In this document: piece after piece, positions 37,404 through 48,559 of the stretch
How positions within the stretch are numbered: the stretch's first letter is position 1
Layout of the letters: each line of letters starts with the position of its first letter
Source of the DNA: Squalus acanthias
Taxonomy: Eukaryota
DNA length: 64,000 bases
Direction: 5' to 3'
Assembly (NCBI GenBank): GCA_030390025.1
Contig: CM059438.1
Span: forward strand, 64,792,001-64,856,000
Translations under genes and position numbers: made by a program
Notes under the pieces: generated by a model
What the model saw: only the letters and a program-made list of their open reading frames with translations
Told to the model about the DNA's origin: nothing
Database searches by the model: none

Positions 37404-39892
37404 TTTGTATCTTGTCTAAGAAACAGTGTTGTATTGGTCAGAAACTGCTGTGTACATCAAACAAGGGACAAGAAAGGCTTTTCATTCCAATGACTGCAAA
37501 CAATTGACTATCATGAACTCTACACAACCCAGTTAATCTCTTGAGATAAAGTCCTCCAAAGTCTGTCCTCACTTCATCCCCAAAGTAATCCGAGTACAGC
37601 TCCAGGATATCTATCCAACTTTACATCCTCCAGTATTGGTGTCAAGCTTTTAGGTGTTTATGATAGATTTTTCCTGGATTTCAGCAACGCCAACCTAAGC
37701 AGACCTGGCATCCCCCATGATCCAGAGCGTACCTTTTTCTACCCAATATCTCAGTAAACAATAGTGAGACCCAGGGATCACAACAGAGAAACTTTACCCT
37801 GTACAGCAGTTACGGACATGGAGCATGTGTCACCGCATCATTCTCCTCTCTTTGAAAAATGGACAGAGCCCACACTCAGACAAGACTCACGCTCTCAACC
37901 AACAGACAATTTATTTTAGCAAAACAGGTAAATGAACAGTATACAGTTTCAAACAATGAATCATACAATGCACTGTTTGTCAATACCTAAAATAATAAAT
38001 ATGTAGCTCACATTCTCATGGTTATGCTGTAAATCATGCTGTGGCTTCAAACTAGTCTAACTTCACTCTCGGCTGCCTCAGTCTTAAACACAAACCCTTA
38101 TAGATTGTCCACCTTGGAAGACGATCTGTTTACTGGCATAAAATCAGTCCAGATATATAATTCATCGTCCATTGAAGATATACTGAAACAAAAGGCTGCA
38201 TTCCCCTTATCAATATTAAATGTATATCCAATCCTTGAGAATGGTATGCATGTTTGCTATTCAATGTGAAATCTGTAGTCATTTAGTCCAATTAGCACCA
38301 TAAACTTCCGACTGTGCTTTCACTAATAGTTTGTATGTTACGAAGCTGAGTGTAAATGCTATATAAATGCAAGTGGTTGTTGGTTTTGTAGAGCCATTCT
38401 TTCTGGTCTCTGAGCTCATGGCTTTTCCTTGGAGTATCACCCTGAGCAACTGAGGGTCTTTAACCCCTCACACACTGTTCCTAACAATACAAAAGGCAAG
38501 TTCAAAATTCAACACAGACAAAATTTGTCACAATCTGTGACCAGTTACCTTCCTTAGCATGAAATGTTCTTAATCCCAGCAATTCAGTCACTCACTCTAC
38601 CCCTCCCAAGTAACAGCTCAGAGACAACTATCCCAGGAAGGTGAACTAGATGCAATGGGTGAGACACATAGCCCCAATTTTAACCTAACCCCCTGGTGGG
38701 AATCGGGTGTAAGACAGGCATCAGATCCAAACTCACCCATTCCTGCCAGGTGAGTTAGGTTCAAGTTGAGGCCACTTTGTGAGTGAACAGGAGCTGGTGA
38801 TCGTGTCATCGGAGGAGGAACCTACTGTCCAGATGGGCAATGGAATTCCTGCAGCGGCTGTTAAGACTGGGGATCTAGACCTAATGGGACCTGTTTTAAA
38901 ATAATGATGCTGTATTAACATCAAGCGTCGGTACAGGCATTAGAGACCGAATGCTGCAAATGATGGCTTGGATTAGTAATGTACTCGCCTCATGTGCCCA
39001 ACCTTGTATGATGTTTCACAACGTAACAGTTCACTGTGGAACATGTAGTAAATCCAGGGAAATCTGCAGCGGAGCCTCATGCCAGAAAAAGAAAGAAATT
39101 GCACTTGTGTAGCACCTTTCACCACCTCACCACCAAAGCCCTTAAACCAGTCAGAGCTTCACCGATGGGTGCTCAGACTGTTGCCATAGAGCCTTGGAAT
39201 TCCAGAGTGGGACAAATGATCTCTTCTGGCTTCAGTAGACTTGGGGGTTAGTTAGAGAGAACTGTGAGACACTGAATGCATTGATGCCATTGGGTCTCAT
39301 TATCTCCTCAATTGGTAGCTATTCTGAAACAATGCCTAATACCATTGGTACGGCTGGAATGGGCATGGATGATGGTGCTATTTCCAGTCTATCAGCGTAT
39401 CTGAACCCTTCCATCACTTGGCCTTGGTTATCCCTCCGATGATTGCACAATGCTAGAAAGCTGAGAGGCCCAGTCTGCCGACACAGTAGTGAAAGTGGTG
39501 CAGCTTGAAGCAGGTCCAGTCAGAATAACAGGCACATTGAGTGAATGGAATTTATTCCTATTAATGTAGGTAAAGGAGCACATAGGCCCATGTGGATGCA
39601 ATCCAACCTCCTAGACCTCCAGGAATGCTAGAACATTGCAAAGCCCTCTTACACTAGTGTTGGTTGTCCATGAGGAAGGAGATGAAATTGCTTGCTCATA
39701 TGTCACTTGCTTGATATATGTATGGATAGTCAAAGTATAAATGTTCAAGGTGGTTGTGACCTCATAGTCACTTGCTGCAGGTATGGTTGGAGTATGCAGA
39801 ACAACTCAGTCACGACAGTCCTTGTAAATTGCAGCCTCTGCAGGAAAGGCTCTTCTGATCAATACAGATCTGTGTGCCTGTTCCTGTAGATT

Positions 39893-40195
39893 AGTGGGTC
39901 GGTAACTAGAGGTCATAGGTTTAAAATATTGGCAAACAAACTAGAGGAGAAATTAGGAGAATTTTTTTCACACAGAGGGTTGTTAAGATCTGGAACACAT
40001 TACCTGAAAGGATGGTAGAATCAGATTCCATGGGAACTTTCAAAAGGCAATTTGACATGTACTTGAAAAGGACTAATGTGCAGGGCTAAGGGGAAAAAGA
40101 TGGGGTGTTAGACTAAATTGGACAGCTCTTTCAAAGAGCCAGCACAAGCACTAAGGGCCGAATGGCCTCCTTCTGTGCTGTAAGATTCTATGATT
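39893..40195 (+). mobile_element. CR1 3' fragment (older subfamily)
   Basis: actagaggtcataggtttaaaat...cacagagggttgtt...gggccgaatggcctccttctgtgctgtaagattctatgatt. Confidence 0.8.
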
Positions 40196-40290
40196 GCAGT
40201 ATTATGGAGTGGAGGAGCTGGTGGGTGAATGTAAAGCAGCCCTAATCTAGCCTGACATTCTTGAATCCCTCTAGTGGTTATCTTCTACTT

Positions 40291-41395
40291 CAACAACAAC
40301 AACAACAACTTGTATTTATATAGTGCCTTTAACGTAGCAAAATGTCCCAAAACGCTTCACAGGAAGGTTATCAAACAAAATTTGGTGCCGATTCACATAA
40401 GGAGAAATTTAGGGCAGATGACCAAAAGCTTGGTCAAAGAGGTAGGTTTTAAGGAGCATCTTAAAGAAGGAAAGAGAGGTAGAGAAGTGGAGAGATTTAG
40501 GGAAGGAATTCCAGAGCTTAGGGCCTAGGCAACTGAAGGCACGGCCACCAATGGTTGAGCGATTAAAATCAGGGATGCTCAAGAGGGCAGAAGTAGAGGA
40601 GCGCAGATATCTCAGGGGGTTGGAGGAGATTACAGAGATAGGGAGGGGTGAGGCCACGGAGGGATTTGAAGACAAGGATGAGAATTTTAAAATTGAGGTG
40701 TTGCTTAACCGGGAGCCAATGTAGGTCAGCGAGCACAGGGGAGATGGGTGAATGGGACTTGGTGCGAGTTAAGACATGGGCAGCCGAGTTTTGGATGACC
40801 TCAAGTTTACCTCCAGCCAGGAGTGCTTTGGAATAATCAAGTCTAGAGGTAACAAAGGCATGGATGAGGGTTTCAGCAGTGGATGAGCTGAGGCAAGGGC
40901 GGAGACGGGCGATGTTATGGAGGTGGAAATAGGCGGCCTTAGTTATGGCGCGTATATGCGGTCGGAAGCTCAGTTCAGGGTCAAATATGACACCAAGGTT
41001 GCGAACAGTGTGGTTCAGCCTCAGACAGATGTTAGGGAGAGGAATGGAGTCAGTGGCTAGGGAACGGGGTTTGTGGCGGGGACCGACGGCAATGACTTCG
41101 GTCTTCTCAATATTTAATTGGAGACAATTTCTGCTCATCCAGTACTGGGGGTCGGACAAGCAATCTGACAATTTGGAGACAGTGGAGGGGTCGAGAGAAG
41201 CGCTGGTGAGGTAGAGCTGGGTGCCGTCAGTGCACTCGTGGAAACTGACACCGTGTTTTCGGATGATGTCGCCGAGGGGTAGCATGTAGATGAGAAATAG
41301 GAGGGGGCCAAGGATAGATCCTTGGGGGACGCCAGAGGTAACGATGCGGGAGCGGGAAGAAAGGCCATTGCAGGTGATTCTCCAGCTACGATTCA
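40291..41395 (-). mobile_element. 5'-truncated L2-clade LINE (RT C-terminal half)
   Basis: SGVPQGSILGPLLFLIYMLPLGDII, HAFVTSRLDY, LHWLPVKQ; (GTT)n tail. Confidence 0.9.
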
Positions 41396-42155
41396 TCCAA
41401 AAAAAGCTTAGCTATAAGGGAGATTCCTGAGGGAAAAGCCATTGTGGCCCCTTTGGGTGGGGCAAAAGGACAGCATCACAACAAAAGTGCCTGAAAACTG
41501 AAGTGGGAACAGGAAAATAAAGTAATAAGATGACAAAATAAATGGTTGCGTATTGACTTCACAGTTTGGCAAGCTTCTTCCTCTGCTATTAACCCAGTGA
41601 GTAATGGAAACAGTGCTAATTAGGGGGAAATGACAGTAGATCGCACACTCCACATCCTGACATCCTTTTGGCCTCATTTTGCATTCGCTCAACAACTGGC
41701 AAGTGCTTCCTGTGTCGGAGCACAAAATCGTGTGGAACCAAAAGTAGACGCAGGCCCAGTATAATGGGATCTCTGCCCAATTGTCCAATCAGGTTTGCCG
41801 GAAAACCGAGTGCTACTGATCTTCAAATGTACCCCGTGATTTCAATCAATCTGATGAACATTAAGTCGCAATGTGTAGAAGTATCATTAAACACTGTAGA
41901 TCTGGAATAAAAATTGATGAAGAGTCTCACTTTGTAATGTTACCCTGTCTTTCTCTTTCAGCAGATCAAATCAATTTTGTCACCATTACAATGCTTTCAA
42001 GCTATAATTTAGAATAATTACAGAGAAGAATTGCTTAACATAGAGCCACTGGTGCTCAGTTTCAAAGTCCAAAAATGTCCTCACAAGTTTAACTTGTTCA
42101 GAACTGATCCGTATGTATTAATGAATATGATAGGCACAGATCTTTCAAAGACAGA

Positions 42156-43008
42156 CGGCTGGATTTTACCAGCCTGAGGAGGCAAGACTGCTGGGAAAAT
42201 CCCCAAAAATGGGAGCGGGTCCCAAACCCGCTCCCAACCCGCCTCCAACCAATCTTCCCGGGAGTCGGGTCCCCGATTTGCACAGGGACCCGACTCCTAG
42301 CGGCGGGAAGAGGATTATAGCCACTTAACTGTCTGTTAACAGGTAGTTAACAGGCAGTTAACAGGCTTTTTCCCATTTGAGACTTCTGCTGCGGGCTTCC
42401 CAACATCGGGGAACCCCACCAGGGTAAGTGAGGCGCACTTTGGGTCTGTTGTTATGATGGTGTTTGGATGACAGCTGCAGAAGTGGTGTGAAGGAAGCAA
42501 TTGGACACTGGTTAGTATCAGAGGTAAGGAAATGTTGGGAAAGTCATTTTTAATATGGTTAGATGTTTCTGCGGGTGACAAGCTGTGAAGTGTTTGTGTA
42601 GCCTCATCTCATCGGGAGAAGTGACAGATGGCTTCTGCAATCTCAGCTGCAGCTGCCATCTGTTTTATCCTAAAGAGAGAGTAATTGGAGAGCCTGGTTG
42701 AAAGGGCTTACCTTTGGACAGTGATTGTCAGTGTTTGACAGCACCTCAATGCTGTCAAACACTATCAAATCATCTGTCAAACAATTGTGGTGCATATGCT
42801 TTTAAGAAAACCGACAGATAAAGCGTCTTCAACTGACGTCATCTGACACTGGCTTTCCCTTAATTGGCCGGCAAGCCCGCAGGGCGGGATTAACAAGGCC
42901 AATCAGGGCAAAATAGCATCTGTTTGTCAGACGTCGCTGGGGGCGGGACTAGAACCCGGAAGGCACCAGTCCCACCCCCAACGCGTCTTGGTGAGTAAAA
43001 TCCAGCCC
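42156..43008. mobile_element. Harbinger-type MITE (TIR GGGCTGGATTTTAC)
   Basis: CGGCTGGATTTTAC / GTAAAATCCAGCCC; inverted homologue at 56754-57611. Confidence 0.75.
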
Positions 43009-43284
43009 AATGGATGGATGAATTGAAGGAGAGAACTTTAAGCTGCACCTTTAATATCACTTTTGCATCAATCAACTGAGGTTTCAGATACGCATCAATG
43101 CTAAAGCGCCAACGTAACTAAAGATAAGACCCAGATGTTGAATCCTGAGAGCACTAAACCAAGAGGTATGATCCCGCACCTAGTCACACTGCTTGCATTA
43201 CACACCAGGTGTAGTATAACTCCAGCCCAGTGCGAAGCTGCATTTCAAATGTTCCCAGGCAAATCCACTGGAACTCCTGGGCAT

Positions 43285-43712
43285 ATAGAAACATAGAATC
43301 TAGGAGCAGGAGTAGGCCATTCGGCCCGTCGAGCCTGCTCCACCATTCAATACGATCATGGCTGATCATCCAAATCCAGTAGCCTGTCCCTGCTTTAATC
43401 CCCACAGTGCACATATCCCACCCTACCCCCGTAACCCCACGTATTTAATTCCCCCTAACATATCCCATCCTATCCCCATAACCCCACATATTTAATCCCC
43501 CCCTAACACTAAGGGTCAATTTATCATAGCCAAATCAACCTAACCCGCACATTTTTGGACTGTGGGAGGAAACCGGAGCACCCGGAGGAAACCCACGCAG
43601 ACACGGGGAGAATGTGCAAACTCCACACAGACAGTCACCCTAGGTCAGATTCGAACCCGGGTCCCTGGCGCTGTGAGGCACCAGTGCTAACCACTATGCC
43701 ACCGTGTTGCCC
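43285..43712 (-). mobile_element. HE1-like V-SINE with CR1-type tail
   Basis: Head GGGCAACACGGTGGCATAGTGGTTAGCACTG, B box GGTTCGAATC, V-domain GTGTGGAGTTTGCACATTCTCCCCGTGTCTGCGTGGGTTTCCTCCGGGTGCTCCGGTTTCCTCCCAC; internal ~47-bp duplication 43411-43508. Confidence 0.88.
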
Positions 43713-43714
43713 TA

Positions 43715-44641
43715 TTAGATGTATACTTTTCTCTCTCCTTCAAGGTAAGGGAGAGCCCGTGCTCCTGCCTGGATTCCAGTAACAATGCAAAATTCCTGCC
43801 CGAAAAGCAGAGCTCTGTCCATTCCTCCAATCCGAACAGGCATGGAGCTTCTTTGTTGAATGCAAGTTGCCGTCAGCAGTATAACTGGGGGCTGCTGCTG
43901 ACGGCAACTTTGGTCACAGTTAACCACATTGTTTAAGCTCAGCGGCCTGGATCTTCTCTTCAGTGGGACCCTGGCTCCCGGCTCCGATCCCTGTGTATTT
44001 TCCGGGCTCAGGTCCATTTTTTTGGCAGGCTCACAGCGGGATTTCTGGCAGTGCTGAGGATCCCTCCCTGGGAGAAAAGGAGGGAGGTCGCTGCCCTCGA
44101 CCTCAGGGCACGTGGAGCAGCTGAGCGTGGCTGAAGAAGGGGGCAATTTAATAAAAAAGTAAATAAAATTGGCCAAGTTGGAATCAATTGGCCATTGATT
44201 GATTGCACCTGGCTTGCAGGCCATTTCAATTGAAACCCCTCCCTTGCACCTCCTTCCTTAGGAACACTTGACGCCGGAACACAACGACATTCCTGATGCA
44301 GCTTTGCTAAGGCTTTGCTGAAGGTGATACGTTAGATGATGTGTCTACTTCATTACCATGCCCGTTGAATCCACTCAGCCAAATATGAGGGGGGAGCAGA
44401 CTCAGCATCCAACGTCGGGTGCAGAGGGAATTCCCGAAAGTGGCGGTGAACTCCTGCTCTGCCAATTTCCCTGCCCTGCTCCCAGTTCCATCCAAATAAA
44501 GGGAAGAGAGTCCAGTCCAGTGCCTGATCGACATCACTGATGCTTACATTCAGTGTCGCCGGTAAAGAGCAGGCTTGAGCTTTCTTCATCCTCGCCATGG
44601 CCCTCAAACAGCAGTACAATCCACGGATAGATAGCGAGAAA
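43715..44641 (-). CDS. Two candidate in-phase exons (44641-44548 and 44131-43715) of an unidentified gene
   Basis: Acceptor gatttccag, donor T|gtaagc, acceptor ttttttattaaattgcccccttcttcag; splicing gives FLAIYPWIVLLFEGHGEDEESSSLLFTGDTE-S-TLSCSTCPEVEG... open to 43715. Confidence 0.25.
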
Positions 44642-45011
44642 CTGGAAATCGGAACACAAAAAGCAGAAAATGCTTTAAAGCTTCTTTCCATCCTCTGACG
44701 TGAAGATCATCCCGGCAATCTCACCATCTCATGCTTTCCTTCTAAGGTGATTACAGGTCATTCCACTGATAATGACTCTCGTGTTCTGTTTTCCGCCCTC
44801 CCCTCCCCTCCCCCCAACCCCCCTTTCGTCTGATTCGATTTAAATGCTTGTTCAGTTTTCAGTTTCCACAAACGCTGACTTTCCTGTGTGTTTCCAGCAT
44901 TATCTGTGTGTCTGTTTCACATGTTGGGCTCCAGGGGAACATTTTCTGTTGGCGCCTCTATCGTAAATTACAGGGGCAGTCTTATCGGTCCGCAGCAATC
45001 ATCTTTATAAT

Positions 45012-45767
45012 GGCCCAGAAATTCGTCTCCCTGGGTTCCCGCGGGTGCAAGGATCCCGCGCGCACCTACCTACCGCGCCTGCCGTTGACCCCTGGACCCA
45101 AGGGACTTCAGCTCCTGGGCCTCCTGCAGCTGCCGGCGCGCAGTGCTCGCGTGTCCCAGGGGCGTAGTTAGTGCGATGCGTCCCCTGGGATCACGTGGGC
45201 CATGGAGAGCCAATGGCAGCAGACCATCTTTCATTCATAGATTTGACAGGACCTGTCAAATCTATGAATTGAAATCGGCCCCAAAACAACACCTAAACTT
45301 CAAATAAATTAAAAATCATCACATTTTTAAAATAACTATAAGTTAAATAAATTAACTACTTTAAACAAAAATTTAAATTTTTGAAAAAATTAAAATACTT
45401 TTTAACAGTGCTAAAAATAAACTTACCTTTCTTTAAAGTATCTAAAAAAGATAAACCTGTTGAAAAATTTTTTAAATTGTAATTAATTAACCACTTACCT
45501 TGTTAAAAACGGGTCCTGCGCCTCCTTTTTAAAAGCACAGCTTCTTCCATACTTACCTTCCCGGAGAAACCTGAAAAAAACCTAAGTTCGCTGCGAGCGC
45601 GCAGCCTCTCCCGTGCACGTGGTTCACCTCTGAACCCCTCCATGCACGAGACCGAAAGTTCCGGTTTCCCGCGCATGCGCAGTGCATGCAGGAAACCAGC
45701 ACTTCAGGAGGCCTTACGGGTGAGTACACAGCGCATACTCACCCGGCAAGGGCCGAATTTTTGGCCC
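45012..45767. mobile_element. Harbinger-type MITE with GC-rich arms and AT-rich centre
   Basis: TIR GGCCCAGAAATTCG / CGAATTTTTGGCCC, TSD AAT. Confidence 0.85.
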
Positions 45768-47924
45768 AATATCTTTTTATCACATGTTCAGTGGCGGAGA
45801 GTGTGAGAATCATTTTCCTTCAGCTGTTGTAACGAGCAGTGGATATATCCAAAGTGGCAGATGCAGACAATGGACTAGCAATTGGGCTGCGCCTGAATTG
45901 GGCAAATTGGTCCGCCGGCCTCATTGGTTTATTCTCGGCAAAATGTTGTTGCCAGTCATGGCCTCAGAAGGAGATCGCCAGTACTGGGCTGGCAGCGAAA
46001 TCGTCCAGGTCGAAGGCTGGCTGGGGTCCTCAGGAAAGTCCGGGGGTGCGAGGGTGAGGGGGGTGGGGTGCAATTCGGGAGTGGGTGCAGCAGCCTGTAG
46101 ATTTAAAGTGGAGCTGGGAGGTAGACTCCTGCTCCTCTAGGCTCCACAATGAGGCAAGTAATAAAATTGTTAAAACTTACCTTTCAGGTGTCAGCCTCCA
46201 GCAGTCCCCTTAAGAACCGTGGGTTTGGCTGCTAAGCGCCTGAAGAAACTGACTACAGCGCGTATTACGTCCCTGCGCAATCCAATTTCGCAAAGGTGGC
46301 CTGAAACAGGCGTTAGGCCTCCCCCGCAGTTTGCATATGTAAACATCTATGGTTTGGTGCGTGGAAATTTATTCAACAAGCTAAAGAAATTAAAAGTTTA
46401 TCTGGGCAGATGTCTCTCCTTAGCGCACGGGTAGAGCACGATGCGGAAAATCAGGGAAGAAGGATCGCACACCGATAACACAGCTCGCCTGATTTTACTG
46501 TCTGTTTCAATTAATGAATTGTATTATGGGCATGCCATCCTCAGTGCCCGACTATTCACTCTGCGCTCCACCCAGGGGATGCTTTACCCACCTTGGCGCC
46601 AAATAAGAAAATCTGCCACACCATATTATCATTTTAACGTAGCCAATCCACTTCTTGGTCACATTTCTTTTCAAATCACGCCAAGTCTTCCTGTCTCTCT
46701 TTGGCCGAACATAGACCGTGATACTAAAAGATTATCAAATGCGTCATGAAGCAAGACAAAACTATCGGCGCATCGCTTTGCTTTAACTGTGTGCTGCCTC
46801 AGATTACTGTTCTTGTGCACACAAAGCTGTAAAGTGTTCAAAGGTTATGGCCTACTACAGTGCACAGATGGTACTGCAGTCCTTGAAATAGCTGAATCGA
46901 GGAGCATTCGTGGAATGTTTATCTCATCCACCTGCTTCATCTTCAAAAACGCTGCCTGCTTATATATTTCTCTGCGGGCGATGCCTTATTCAACACTTGC
47001 TTTCTAATCAAAAAAAAACTCGTAAGATTGAATTTGCAAAGTGGCTTTTTGCAATAATGGGTTTCCTGACTGCGGTGGATTTGTAATTAAACCTCGGATG
47101 AAGTCAATTTCCCTGACGTGGCTGGGATAGAATTAAAACGAGGGAATTGAGAACAGCCCAGGGGGGAAAATAATCAGCCAGGGTTCCTGCTCCTGATTGC
47201 TATCCACTGACCCCTGCTGGGAAGTGTGTGCATGTGGGCCCATTGCAGGGGGTGGGTGAGGGGGCGATTGACTTTTTAACTTTAGGCGTTGTTGTGAATC
47301 AGTTCGGCTGCCCGTTATACACTCAATTTTCCCCCAATTTGCATTTCAGTTGAACTCAATGGAAGGGAAAATCAGACGGGCCTAATTCGATATCGCCCAC
47401 TTTACGCTATTGCCCGCAGTTAAAATTGGTGAGGGAAGGATTGGATTCTGCTCGGCCTATCAGCACTGTCTGTAATGGTGCTGCATTTGCCCACTATTCA
47501 GGGGGTCCCTCGGTCTGTACATTATTACTCCCAACCGGCAGGGAGGCCGAATACTCTTATTCCTGCCCACCCCATTCCGCACAGCACGTTCAGCTGGCCC
47601 GTGCTCGCGAACCGTTTGTCGGCTTGGATGTCTTTATAACGACCCCATCTAAGTCATGGACTGTGTACCTGAGGCTCGTGTTGCTGTATGAACTCAAAAG
47701 GCTAACTCTGCCAAGTACATACGGCAGTCCCAAGAATGAAGCCCAGTCAAAGCCGTGCTACTGTAATCCTACAAACTGACTGATGTTCTATTTAGTCAAA
47801 CTCATCTGGTGCTGAACTGTTACTTAAAAATGAGTTTTGCTACATTTTGGTAATTATTTTAACAATTGTATTATCATTAAAGTAGTGAAATAAAGTTGTA
47901 CACCGATCTGTGCCTTTTTTTCTG

Positions 47925-48466
47925 TTCACAGGATGTGGGTGTCACTGGCAAGGCCAGCATTTATTTAAGGTGGAGATAGACAGATTTTTGAACAATAAGG
48001 GAGCCAAGGGTTACGGGGAGCGGGCAGGAAAATGGAGCTGAACCCAAGATCAGATCAGCCATGATCTCATTAAATGGCGGAGCAGGCTCGAGGGGCCGAA
48101 TGGCCTACTCCTGCTCCTATTTCTTATGTTCTTATGCCCATCCCTACTTGCCCTTGAGGTGGTGGTGAACCACCTTCTTGAACCACTGCCGTCAGAGTCA
48201 ACCAAAATTGCTGTGGGTCTGGAGTCACATGTAGGTCAGACCAGCAGATCATAAAGAGCATTAATGAACCAGACGGGTTTTTAAACAACAATCTGGTAGT
48301 TTCATGGTCATCATTACTGATACTAGCTTTTTATTCTACATTTATTTAACTAACCTGAATTTAAATTCCCAGCTGCTGTGGTGGGATTTAGAACTACACA
48401 TGTCACAGATCATTAGTCAAGGCTTGTTGGATTACTAGCCCAGTAACATAACCACTATGCTACCAT
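47925..48466 (-). mobile_element. tRNA-derived SINE whose tail matches the LINE at 51487; interrupted by a + strand CR1 tail (47964-48136)
   Basis: Head ggtagcatagtggttatgttactgggctagtaatcca; tail ggatgtgggtgtcactggcaaggccagcatttat|gcccatccctacttgcccttgag shared with 51497-51553. Confidence 0.7.
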
Positions 48467-48559
48467 CTTGCCCTTGCCTTAATATCTCTGAGGTGAGCTG
48501 AGAGTCCAATGATATTCCTACCAGTGCTGGTGGTTTTTCTGTGGCTGTACCTTTTAATT

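Noticed and set aside
37825..38531. Solo LTR (also considered for ~51140-52300)
   Set aside because: TG...CA-like ends and a minus-strand AATAAA are present, but there is no convincing TSD, second copy or internal gag/pol sequence
43640..43712. tRNA gene
   Set aside because: The A/B boxes are the head of the HE1-like SINE; the same applies to the Deu-SINE heads
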